This document shows positions 20,431 through 31,492 of a stretch of 64,000 nucleotides of DNA, in pieces (position 1 is the stretch's first letter; each line of letters begins with the position of its first letter). This stretch comes from Cyanophora paradoxa CCMP329 (lineage: Eukaryota > Plantae > Glaucophyta). The stretch spans positions 62,001-126,000 of the forward strand of contig QPMI01000038.1 in assembly GCA_004431415.1 (NCBI GenBank), in the 5' to 3' direction. Both the position numbers and the translations under genes were made by a program. The notes beneath the pieces were generated by a model. It was not told the origin of the DNA and searched no databases. It saw only the letters and a program-made list of their open reading frames with translations.

Positions 20431-21441
20431 TTACGCAAAACTCGCAATTACAGGATAAGATGGATGTGTTTCCGCCATCCTCCTCTTGAAATATTCATAC
20501 ACAGGATCACCAGCAGGTTCATCACCATATCGAATTTCGAAGGTGAGGTGCACAGGTTGACCCTCGAAATCAATTGGTTCATTAACTGCATTCACAATGT
20601 CAACCGAAAATGTGGAAAGTCCCAGATTCTTGTTATAGTATTTATAAATCGGATGGGCTTCTGTCGAATTATAAACGACATGCTCACCATAATCTTTATC
20701 AGGAACCACGATTTTGTGGAAATATCCAGTGAGGAGACCATCACCACATTGCACAAGATCACCCAGCTCCTTTACTCTCACAAATAGGACACTATCCCTG
20801 GTCTTCTCGGGTTCAAATGAAGATATAATACCATGCACCATCGACCCAGTGAAGATACCATCAGTAAGAGTATTGTACACCTGTGATTGGATTGGTGTGT
20901 TACCATATCTCCCAGGATCAAGACCAAGCAGTCGAGCAGAACTCAAAAACCTCTGAATCTGTGCCTGGGTTGGGTTAATTGCGGTTGAGAAAGCCAGGTA
21001 AAACGGTATGGTTGAATGGAATATAACTCGTTTCAGTGTATCATCCCATTTGCAACGAATAGCTACTGCTGGTTCTCTCAATGCAAGTTTGGAGTTAATT
21101 ACATTCACCAGTTGTTGGTGGTTTTGAATGGGTGTGCTGCGACTTATCACAATGTGTTTCCATGATTCATAATCAGCAGCAGGTCGATCAGTTGGAATAC
21201 CAGTGCTTCCTGCACCAGAAAGATATTCAGACCAATAAAGGTAGATTGCATTATCAATTGTCACATCTCCTACTTTGGTTTCACCACTCACCATGGGGAT
21301 GCTGTTATAGAATTCTGCTGAGACCAGTCTTACTGCTCTTACAAATTCATATGTGCTGGGGAGGCGAGCAATAAAACTCGAAGTAGGTCCATCTCCCGAA
21401 ATTGTATTGAAAGAGCTCACTTCAATGTAATCCACAGGCAT
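20431..21441 (-). CDS. Minor capsid (penton-like) protein 1
   Basis: IEVSS...SFIARLP..YE.VRAVRLVSAEFYNS N-terminus and FSVDIVN...IDFEG.PVHLTFEI C-terminus, typical of PLV/NCLDV minor capsid proteins. Confidence 0.8.
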   Translation of the reverse strand: MPVDYIEVSSFNTISGDGPTSSFIARLPSTYEFVRAVRLVSAEFYNSIPMVSGETKVGDVTIDNAIYLYWSEYLSGAGSTGIPTDRPAADYESWKHIVISRSTPIQNHQQLVNVINSKLALREPAVAIRCKWDDTLKRVIFHSTIPFYLAFSTAINPTQAQIQRFLSSARLLGLDPGRYGNTPIQSQVYNTLTDGIFTGSMVHGIISSFEPEKTRDSVLFVRVKELGDLVQCGDGLLTGYFHKIVVPDKDYGEHVVYNSTEAHPIYKYYNKNLGLSTFSVDIVNAVNEPIDFEGQPVHLTFEIRYGDEPAGDPVYEYFKRRMAETHPSYPVIASFA

Positions 21442-21469
21442 CTTCTTTTATCTATAAACATATATTAAA

Positions 21470-22402
21470 ATGATTCGGCTGGTCAATATAGATAGCAGAG
21501 ACCGATCAGATGGACAAATAGAAAACTCCTACAAGGTTTCACTCACAACCCCAGTGACCAAACCAAGAGAATGTCGAGTTTTGTATGCAGAGATCCCCAA
21601 CAGCATCTATAACTCCATTGGAACAGACCACCTTCTTGTCAGATTCTACTACCAAGGCATCTCTGAAACCAAGCAGGTCTTCCTTCTCCCAAGTGGTTAC
21701 ATAAATCAAGGTCATTTCGGGGTCACCAGTCCATATAATTATGGTCTGAATTTCACCTTTACTGGGATCAACAATCTCACATATGCATTCAAGGTCTACT
21801 ACAACCCTACCTCCTACAAATTGGAGTTTTACAGTAATGTTCAATTCGAGATGGTAGCATCTACACAGAGATTGGGTAAACTTCTTGGTGTGAGTTCAGT
21901 GGAGTGGGTGGCTTCCACTGAACAGATTTACGATTTCCCAGAGTCTGCAAGGTCTTTATATGCCCCAGAGAATTTCCTATATTTTGCAGGAGTACCAATC
22001 ACCCCAAACCATCCACAATGGGGAATTACATTCACAGGATATGAATTTGAGGCATCTCGATTAAACTACAAATTAAAAGCAGCCAAGATGACAGATATGA
22101 ATGCAGAACAGTACTTGTACATGCACATTAAAGAACTCTCCCCATTTGCTACAAACCACAATATTGTCCCACAATCTCAACCACAGAATCAAGGGGCGAT
22201 TCTCAGATTGCAATTAAGTAAAGATATTGGACAGTATGTTTATCACAGTGGAGAGCACAGTGAATACATAAAAATAACCGATCGAAACCTTGTGATTAGA
22301 GAGTTAACAGTTGAGTTTCGCGATTATTATGGTGATCTTGTAGATATGAATGGAATTGACAACTCATTCCAGTTGGAGTTCTTGGCTATTGGTAATGATT
22401 AA
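21470..22402 (+). CDS. Minor capsid (penton-like) protein 2
   Basis: LVNIDSRDR...AEIPNSIYN and LTVEFRDYYG.LVDMNG.DNSFQLEF. Confidence 0.85.
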   Translation: MIRLVNIDSRDRSDGQIENSYKVSLTTPVTKPRECRVLYAEIPNSIYNSIGTDHLLVRFYYQGISETKQVFLLPSGYINQGHFGVTSPYNYGLNFTFTGINNLTYAFKVYYNPTSYKLEFYSNVQFEMVASTQRLGKLLGVSSVEWVASTEQIYDFPESARSLYAPENFLYFAGVPITPNHPQWGITFTGYEFEASRLNYKLKAAKMTDMNAEQYLYMHIKELSPFATNHNIVPQSQPQNQGAILRLQLSKDIGQYVYHSGEHSEYIKITDRNLVIRELTVEFRDYYGDLVDMNGIDNSFQLEFLAIGND

Positions 22403-22652
22403 ACCGATCCTGATAGAAGAACTCCCCATCTGTCTCGAAAATATTAAGAATGGGACTCTTTCGATCTTCTGTATACCATCGGCGAATTGTCTTATCCCAT
22501 TTAGCACCATTCTTTTTCAAGAATCTACAAAGAGTTGATCTCCTTGTAATTCGCAATCCCATCTCTTGAAAGATCTCATAATGATCTTGTATTCTTTTCA
22601 CAATCAAGATGTAAGTCCCATGGAAATTGTGATATTGCTGGTTAATCGGCAT
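22386..22652 (-). CDS. Small protein with DUF5710-like motif
   Basis: KKNGAKWDKTIRRWY. First ATG at 22652 with AAAATTGA 33 nt upstream. Confidence 0.6.
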   Translation of the reverse strand: MPINQQYHNFHGTYILIVKRIQDHYEIFQEMGLRITRRSTLCRFLKKNGAKWDKTIRRWYTEDRKSPILNIFETDGEFFYQDRFNHYQ

Positions 22653-22849
22653 GTTTCCTTTACAGCATGATGGGAAATCGTTTGTCAATTTTTGGCGAAA
22701 CGAGAGTATCTCATGAGATAGATGAGAGAATAACAGGTGTGTTTTCAGGGTTGGAGAAATCGGAGAAACATAGAGTATTGCGATTTCCGAGTTAGTTGAC
22801 ACTGAAAAATTCAGAATTTCAGATGGTCTTACTGAAAATGGTCAGATAA

Positions 22850-23346
22850 TCGGGTGTGACACCTATTTAATTGACTGTGACGCCTGTGACAGGTGTGACA
22901 CCTATTCAAACTTTTTAAAATTCTCCAAAAATTACTGACTTCTGAAAACACCTGTCACACCTGTCACACCCGTCACACCCAATTAACAAAAGACTCTATT
23001 TATTACTGAGATTTTCAAGAATTTATTGTTGTCTTACTGAAAACAGTCTATGTGACAGGTGTGACACCTTCAAAATCCACCCAACAATAGTCGATTTCAT
23101 GAATACCTTTCCGGCTTACTGAAAATGGTAAGGAGATCGGGTGTGACAGGTAGTTTAATTGAGTGTGACAGGTGTGACAGGTGTGACACCTATTTTCAAA
23201 CTTTTTAAATTTTTCAAAAATGACAGACTTTTGAAAACACCTGTCACACCTGTCACACCTGTCACAGACATTCTACCCCTCTTACTGACTTTATCAAAAA
23301 CAAATATATCTCTTACTGAATATCATTTGAATACTACCTGTCACAC
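22850..23346. repeat. Duplicated inverted arrays of 9-bp iterons (TGTGACAGG)n ... (CCTGTCACA)n
   Basis: Two similar blocks (~22850-22980 and ~23140-23267), each with facing iteron runs around an AT-rich spacer. Confidence 0.9.
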
Positions 23347-23379
23347 TTGAATTCATTTATTATGTTTTATAGAACATAT

Positions 23380-23640
23380 GGAATCTAATCGATTGTTCAA
23401 TTGGAGACCATTCAACTCTGTGACACTTTTTCGATCTAAAATGTACATCAGCAATCTCATCGATTGTTTAATTGGACATAATGCAGTACCGATATATTCC
23501 AATAGAAAATCCCGCAATCTAATCAATTGTTTAATTGGAGATAATGCAACTCTGTGACACTTTTTGGGTGCAAAAATGTACATCCGCAATCTCATCGATT
23601 GTTTAATTGGACATAATGCAACTATGTGACACTTTTTGCG
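23380..23640. repeat. Subterminal imperfect tandem repeats (~65-70-bp subunits, ~135-bp duplication)
   Basis: ATC(G/A)ATTGTT(T/C)AATTGGA occurs four times, three of them followed by TGTGACACTTTTT. Confidence 0.8.
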
Positions 23641-23958
23641 TTTTTTTGATACAGAATGGGCGGTGGTCTACTTCAATACCAAAGAGATATATCGAGTTTA
23701 TGCGAATTTATGCGAATTTATGCGAATTAATCGCGATTATATCGTTCTTTAAGTAGTTTAATGTTAATCAATCGAAGTTATATATGTAATCGACAAAGAA
23801 CATAATCTATCGATATAATATCGATTGAATCAATCGTGAATATGCATTAAATTAAACGCGTTTATCATTTTTAATACAAAGTTTGCATTAATTTATACAA
23901 AGTTTGCATAAAAAGTTAAAGAAATTAATCGATAAATATGTATTTTAGTATTAAATTA

Positions 23959-24053
23959 ACACATATTGAAAAACGAATTTAAATCCAGAGTGAATCGAGA
24001 TCGCGAAGCGATCGAGATGAACGAGGGATTTAAATTCGTTTTTCAATATGTGT
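23959..24053 (+). other. 95-nt terminal hairpin of PLV-A
   Basis: Perfect 28-bp inverted repeat (23959-23986 / 24026-24053) around an imperfect stem closed by GCGAAGC. Its last base abuts host satellite. Confidence 0.9.
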
Positions 24054-25620
24054 GCGGTCAGCTGCATATCGATGCATATGAGAATGAGGATCGGAAATCG
24101 CAATCTAACGCCTACGGACCCAGCCGGCAGCCCCGCCTGCTCGCTCACCTTCGAGCAGCAAGGCCGCCGGCAGACCCCACTGCTTGCTCACTTCAAGCAG
24201 CAGGGCCGGCCAACTGCAAATAGCGTGCTTTCAAAAAGGAAGGGTGCACAGACCTCTAGATCTTCGATTCTAGATGAGAATGCTCTTGACAGCTCTGCGG
24301 GAGACAATACAGGCAGCGGTCAGCTGCAGATCGATGCATATGAGAAAGAGGATCGGAAATCGCAATCTAACGCCTACGGACCCAGCCGGCAGCCCCGCCT
24401 GCTCGCTCACCTTCGAGCAGCAAGGCCGCCGGCAGACCCCACTGCTTGCTCACTTCAAGCAGCAGGGCCGGCCAACTGCAAATAGCGTGCTTTCAAAAAG
24501 GAAGGGTGCACAGACCTCTAGATCTTCGATTCTAGATGAGAATGCTCTTGACAGCTCTGCGGGAGACAATACAGGCAGCGGTCAGCTGCAGATCGATGCA
24601 TATGAGAATGAGGATCGGAAATCGCAATCTAACGCCTACGGACCCAGCCGGCAGCCCCGCCTGCTCGCTCACCTTCGAGCAGCAAGGCCGCCGGCAGACC
24701 CCACTGCTTGCTCACTTCAAGCAGCAGGGCCGGCCAACTGCAAATAGCGTGCTTTCAAAAAGGAAGGGTGCACAGACCTCTAGATCTTCGATTCTAGATG
24801 AGAATGCTCTTGACAGCTCTGCGGGAGACAATACAGGCAGCGGTCAGCTGCAGAACGATGAGAATGAGGATCTGAAATCGCAATCTAACGCCTACGGACC
24901 CAGCCGGCAGCCCCGCCTGCTCGCTCACCTTCGAGCAGCAAGGCCGCCGGCAGACCCCACTGCTTGCTCACTTCAAGCAGCAGGGCCGGCCAACTGCAAA
25001 TAGCGTGCTTTCAAAAAGGAAGGGTGCACAGACCTCTAGATCTTCGATTCTAGATGAGAATGCTCTTGACAGCTCTGCGGGAGACAATACAGGCAGCGGT
25101 CAGCTGCAGATCGATGCATATGAGAATGAGGATCGGAAATCGCAATCTAACGCCTACGGACCCAGCCGGCAGCCCCGCCTGCTCGCTCACCTTCGAGCAG
25201 CAAGGCCGCCGGCAGACCCCACTGCTTGCTCACTTCAAGCAGCAGGGCCGGCCAACTGCAAATAGCGTGCTTTCAAAAAGGAAGGGTGCACAGACCTCTA
25301 GATCTTCGATTCTAGATGAGAATGCTCTTGACAGCTCTGCGGGAGACAATACAGGCAGCGGTCAGCTGCAGATCGATGCATATGAGAATGAGGATCGGAA
25401 ATCGCAATCTAACGCCTATGGACCCAGCCGGCAGCCCCGCCTGCTCGCTCACCTTCGAGCAGCAAGGCCGCCGGCAGACCCCACTGCTTGCTCACTTCAA
25501 GCAGCAGGGCCGGCCAATTGCAAATAGCGCACTCTGCAGGAGAAAACACAGTCAGCGATCAGCTGCAGAACGATGAGAAAGAGGATCGGAAAGCTCAATC
25601 AATTTGCAAACGCCTACGGG
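24054..25620. repeat. 262-bp tandem repeat, about 6 units
   Basis: GCGGTCAGCTGCA recurs at 24054, 24316, 24578, 24840, 25096 and 25358; one unit is 256 bp. Confidence 0.95.
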
Positions 25621-26199
25621 TCCAGCCGGCCGCGGCAGCCCCGGCCGCGCGGCCTGCCTGCTCGCTCACCTTCGAGCAGCCGGCAGACACCAGCGCGCTC
25701 GCTCACCTTCAAGCCAGCTGCGCATGCAGCTCATGATCAGGCTCAGCTCAGCGGCTGCGCATGCATATGCGCATGCAGGGTCGCTGTCGAAAAGGACGCG
25801 CGCGCGGACCTCATCGGATGCATATGGACCTTAAAGCTTGCTTTAGATCGCATGAGATGACAAACAAGCAGCGGTCAGACAGCAGTAGACGGCAGAAGCG
25901 CACCAACATTCAAACACCAACGTTCACGTTCATAAGCTTGGTGCCGCAATCACTCAAAGCTGCCGAAGTCGAGCGTATCACTGCTGATTCGTTTGGGGTT
26001 CTTCCGGAGCGGCAGCACATCCAGCACGTCGCCACGTCGGCCAGCACGAGAATGACACGTACGGAGTACCCCCCCTGGCCCCCCCCCCCCACTGGGCGCT
26101 GCCTCATCACCTTCGAAGATACGAAGTTCATCGATATCTCTTCGCCAGCTAAAAACGATGTCAATGCGCTTGGGTGGCCTTATTAGCGTCACACGTAGG

Positions 26200-29100
26200 C
26201 CGCAAGCTGCCAGGCTCGCCAGCAGCGGCAGGCGTTGCTCCTCTGCAATTCGGCGGGCCTGTTGCTTCGAGGCCGAGCGCGGCCCGCGAGGTGCACTGAG
26301 CCTAATCGCAACTCCGCCGGCCCGCCTGACTCGCGATCGTAAATCGATGCAGGTCGCGAGCTGGCATGGCGGGTTTGGAGGCGGGCGCGGCTGCGCTGCA
26401 CTGCGCCGGGCCTGTTGCTTCGAGGCCGAGGGCGCTCGTGATGTGCATGGAGCCTCTTCGCTGCGCCGCCGGCCGGCCAGGCTCAAGAATCGTCGCAGGT
26501 CGCGTGCTGCAGCTGGCCGGCTTGAGGACGGGCGCGGCTCCGTTTCGCTGCGGCGGGCCTGTTGCTTGGAGGCCGGGCGCACTCCGCGAGGTGCAATGAG
26601 CCTCTTCGCTGCGCCGCCGGCCGCCCGGGCTCAAGAATCGTCGCAGGTCGCGTGCTGGCGGGCTTGGGGGCGTGCGGGGCTCGGTTTCGCTTCGGCGGGC
26701 CTGTTGCTTGGAGGCCGGGCGGGCCCCGCGAGGTGCACTGAGCCTCTTCGCTGCGCCGCCGGCCGCCCGGGCTCAAGAATCGTCGCAGGTCGCGTGCTGG
26801 CGGGCTTGGGGGCGGGCCGGGCTCGGTTTCGCTTCGGCGGGCCTGTTGCTTGGAGGCCGGGCGCGCTCCGCGAGGTGCACTGAGCCTCTTCGCTGCGCCG
26901 CCGGCCGCCCGGGCTCAAGAATCGTCGCAGGTCGCGTGCTGGCGGGCTTGGGGGCGGGCCGGGCTCGGTTTCGCTTCGGCGGGCCTGTTGCTTGGAGGCC
27001 GGGCGCGCTCCGCGAGGTGCACTGAGCCTCTTCGCTGCGCCGCCGGCCGCCCGGGCTCAAGAATCGTCGCAGGTCGCGTGCTGGCGGGCTTGGGGGCGGG
27101 CGGGGCTCGGTTTCGCTGCGGCGGGCCTGTTGCTTGGAGGCCGGGCGGGCCCCGCGAGGTGCACGGAGCCTCTTCGCTGCGCCGCCGGCCGCCCGGGCTC
27201 AAGAATCGTCGCAGGTCGCGTGCTGGCGGGCTTGGGGGCGGGCGGGGCTCGGTTTCGCTTCGGCGGGCCTGTTGCTTGGAGGCCGGGCGGGCCCCGCGAG
27301 GTGCACTGAGCCTCTTCGCTGCGCCGCCGGCCGCCCGGGCTCAAGAATCGTCGCAGGTCGCGTGCTGGCGGGCTTGGGGGCGGGCCGGGCTCGGTTTCGC
27401 TTCGGCGGGCCTGTTGCTTGGAGGCCGGGCGGGCCCCGCGAGGTGCACTGAGCCTCTTCGCTGCGCCGCCGGCCGCCCGGGCTCAAGAATCGTCGCAGGT
27501 CGCGTGCTGGCGGGCTTGGGGGCGGGCCGGGCTCGGTTTCGCTTCGGCGGGCCTGTTGCTTGGAGGCCGGGCGGGCCCCGCGAGGTGCACTGAGCCTCTT
27601 CGCTGCGCCGCTGGCCGCCCGGGCTCAAGAATCGTCGCAGGTCGCGTGCTGGCGGGCTTGGGGGCGTGCGGGGCTCGGTTTCGCTTCGGCGGGCCTGTTG
27701 CTTGGAGGCCGGGCGGGCCCCGCGAGGTGCACGGAGCCTCTTCGCTGCGCCGCCGGCCGCCCGGGCTCAAGAATCGTCGCAGGTCGCGTGCTGGCGGGCT
27801 TGGGGGCGTGCGGGGCTTGGTTCCGCTTCGGCGGGCCTGTTGCTTGGAGGCCGGGCGCGCTCCGCGAGGTGCACTGAGCCTCTTCGCTGCGCCGCCGGCC
27901 GCCCGGGCTCAAGAATCGTCGCAGGTCGCGTGCTGGCGGGCTTGGGGGCGGGCCGGGCTCGGTTTCGCTTCGGCGGGCCTGTTGCTTGGAGGCCGGGCGC
28001 GCTCCGCGAGGTGCACTGAGCCTCTTCGCTGCGCCGCCGGCCGCCCGGGCTCAAGAATCGTCGCAGGTCGCGTGCTGGCGGGCTTGGGGGCGGGCCGGGC
28101 TCGGTTTCGCTTCGGCGGGCCTGTTGCTTGGAGGCCGGGCGCGCTCCGCGAGGTGCAATGAGCCTCTTCGCTGCGCCGCCGGCCGCCCGGGCTCAAGAAT
28201 CGTCGCAGGTCGCGTGCTGGCGGGCTTGGGGGCGGGCCGGGCTCGGTTTCGCTTCGGCGGGCCTGTTGCTTGGAGGCCGGGCGCGCTCCGCGAGGTGCAC
28301 TGAGCCTCTTCGCTGCGCCGCCGGCCGCCCGGGCTCAAGAATCGTCGCAGGTCGCGTGCTGGCGGGCTTGGGGGCGGGCCGGGCTCGGTTTCGCTTCGGC
28401 GGGCCTGTTGCTTGGAGGCCGGGCGCGCTCCGCGAGGTGCACTGAGCCTCTTCGCTGCGCCGCCGGCCGCCCGGGCTCAAGAATCGTCGCAGGTCGCGTG
28501 CTGGCGGGCTTGGGGCGGGCGGGGCTCGGTTTCGCTTCGGCGGGCCTGTTGCTTGGAGGCCGGGCGGGCCCCGCGAGGTGCACGGAGCCTCTTCGCTGCG
28601 CCGCCGGCCGCCCGGGCTCAAGAATCGTCGCAGGTCGCGTGCTGGCGGGCTTGGGGGCGGGCTTGGCTCGGTTTCGCTTCGGCGGGCCTGTTGCTTGGAG
28701 GCCGGGCGGGCCCCGCGAGGTGCACGGAGCCTCTTCGCTGCGCCGCCGGCCGCCCGGGCTCAAGAATCGTCGCAGGTCGCGTGCTGGCGGGCTTGGGGGC
28801 GGGCCGGGCTCGGTTTCGCTTCGGCGGGCCTGTTGCTTGGAGGCCGGGCGCGCTCCGCGAGGTGCACTGAGCCTCTTCGCTGCGCCGCCGGCCGCCCGGG
28901 CTCAAGAATCGTCGCAGGTCGCGTGCTGGCGGGCTTGGGGGCGGGCCGGGCTCGGTTTCGCTTCGGCGGGCCTGTTGCTTGGAGGCCGGGCGCGCTCCGC
29001 GAGGTGCACTGAGCCTCTTCGCTGCGCCGCCGGCCGCCCGGGCTCAAGAATCGTCGCAGGTCGCGTGCTGGCGGGCTTGGGGGCGGGCCGGGCTCGGTTT

Positions 29101-31492
29101 CGCTTCGGCGGGCCTGTTGCTTGGAGGCCGGGCGGGCCCCGCGAGGTGCACTGAGCCTCTTCGCTGCGCCGCTGGCCGCCCGGGCTCAAGAATCGTCGCA
29201 GGTCGCGTGCTGGCGGGCTTGGGGGCGTGCGGGGCTCGGTTTCGCTTCGGCGGGCCTGTTGCTTGGAGGCCGGGCGGGCCCCGCGAGGTGCACTGAGCCT
29301 CTTCGCTGCGCCGCCGGCCGCCCGGGCTCAAGAATCGTCGCAGGTCGCGTGCTGGCGGGCTTGGGGGCGTGCGGGGCTTGGTTCCGCTTCGGCGGGCCTG
29401 TTGCTTGGAGGCCGGGCGCGCTCCGCGAGGTGCACTGAGCCTCTTCGCTGCGCCGCCGGCCGCCCGGGCTCAAGAATCGTCGCAGGTCGCGTGCTGGCGG
29501 GCTTGGGGGCGTGCGGGGCTCGGTTTCGCTTCGGCGGGCCTGTTGCTTGGAGGCCGGGCGGGCCCCGCGAGGTGCACTGAGCCTCTTCGCTGCGCCGCCG
29601 GCCGCCCGGGCTCAAGAATCGTCGCAGGTCGCGTGCTGGCGGGCTTGGGGGCGGGCCGGGCTCGGTTTCGCTTCGGCGGGCCTGTTGCTTGGAGGCCGGG
29701 CGGGTCCCGCGAGGTGCACTGAGCCTCTTCGCTGCGCCGCCGGCCGCCCGGGCTCAAGAATCGTCGCAGGTCGCGTGCTGGCGGGCTTGGGGGCGGGCCG
29801 GGCTCGGTTTCGCTTCGGCGGGCCTGTTGCTTGGAGGCCGGGCGCGCTCCGCGAGGTGCACTGAGCCTCTTCGCTGCGCCGCTGGCCGCCCGGGCTCAAG
29901 AATCGTCGCAGGTCGCGTGCTGGCGGGCTTGGGGGCGTGCGGGGCTCGGTTTCGCTTCGGCGGGCCTGTTGCTTGGAGGCCGGGCGCGCTCCGCGAGGTG
30001 CACTGAGCCTCTTCGCTGCGCCGCCAGCCGGCCGGGCTCAAGAATCGTCGCAGGTCGCGTGCTGGCGGGCTTGGGGGCGGGCCGGGCTCGGTTTCGCTTC
30101 GGCGGGCCTGTTGCTTGGAGGCCGGGCGGGCCCCGCGAGGTGCACTGAGCCTCTTCGCTGCGCCGCCGGCCGCCCGGGCTCAAGAATCGTCGCAGGTCGC
30201 GTGCTGGCGGGCTTGGGGGCGTGCGGGGCTCGGTTTCGCTTCGGCGGGCCTGTTGCTTGGAGGCCGGGCGCGCTCCGCGAGGTGCACGGAGCCTCTTCGC
30301 TGCGCCGCCGGCCGCCCGGGCTCAAGAATCGTCGCAGGTCGCGTGCTGGCGGGCTTGGGGGCGTGCGGGGCTTGGTTCCGCTTCGGCGGGCCTGTTGCTT
30401 GGAGGCCGGGCGCGCTCCGCGAGGTGCACTGAGCCTCTTCGCTGCGCCGCCGGCCGCCCGGGCTCAAGAATCGTCGCAGGTCGCGTGCTGGCGGGCTTGG
30501 GGGCGTGCGGGGCTCGGTTTCGCTTCGGCGGGCCTGTTGCTTGGAGGCCGGGCGCGCTCCGCGAGGTGCACTGAGCCTCTTCGCTGCGCCGCCAGCCGCC
30601 CGTGCTCAAGAATCGTCGCAGGTCGCGTGCTGGCGGGCTTGGGGGCGTGCGGGGCTCGGTTTCGCTTCGGCGGGTCTGTTGCTTGGAGGCCGGGCGCGCT
30701 CCGCGAGGTGCACTGAGCCTCTTCGCTGCGCCGCCGGCCGCCCGGGCTCAAGAATCGTCGCAGGTCGCGTGCTGGCGGGCTTGGGGGCGTGCGGGGCTTG
30801 GTTCCGCTTCGGCGGGCCTGTTGCTTGGAGGCCGGGCGCGCTCCGCGAGGTGCACTGAGCCTCTTCGCTGCGCCGCCGGCCGCCCGGGCTCAAGAATCGT
30901 CGCAGGTCGCGTGCTGGCGGGCTTGGGGGCGTGCGGGGCTCGGTTCCGCTTCGGCGGGTCTGTTGCTTGGAGGCCGGGCGCGCTCCGCGAGGTGCACTGA
31001 GCCTCTTCGCTGCGCCGCCGGCCGCCCGGGCTCAAGAATCGTCGCAGGTCGCGTGCTGGCGGGCTTGGGGGCGTGCGGGGCTCGGTTTCGCTTCGGCGGG
31101 TCTGTTGCTTGGAGGCCGGGCGCGCTCCGCGAGGTGCACTGAGCCTCTTCGCTGCGCCGCCGGCCGCCCGGGCTCAAGAATCGTCGCAGGTCGCGTGCTG
31201 GCGGGCTTGGGGGCGTGCGGGGCTCGGTTTCGCTTCGGCGGGCCTGTTGCTTGGAGGCCGGGCGCGCTCCGCGAGGTGCACTGAGCCTCTTCGCTGCGCC
31301 GCCAGCCGCCCGGGCTCAAGAATCGTCGCAGGTCGCGTGCTGGCGGGCTTGGGGGCGTGCGGGGCTCGGTTTCGCTTCGGCGGGTCTGTTGCTTGGAGGC
31401 CGGGCGCGCTCCGCGAGGTGCACTGAGCCTCTTCGCTGCGCCGCCGGCCGCCCGGGCTCAAGAATCGTCGCAGGTCGCGTGCTGGCGGGCTT
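26200..31492. repeat. 142-bp very GC-rich satellite, about 35 units plus degenerate units at the left edge
   Basis: GCTCAAGAATCGTCGCAGGTCGCGTGCTG recurs every 142 bp; spurious ORFs repeat with the same period. Confidence 0.97.

Larger units (their letters stand above)
9780..24053 (-). mobile_element. Endogenous Polinton-like virus PLV-A (left part displaced by retrotransposon)
   Basis: Intronless, AT-rich, gene-dense block with rve integrase, pPolB, primase-helicase, A32 ATPase and capsid genes. Sharp junction with the host 262-bp satellite at 24053/24054. Confidence 0.92.

Noticed and set aside
23159-23350. VTGVTG/TPVTPV repeat peptide ORF
   Set aside because: It is a translation of the 9-bp iterons, not a gene.
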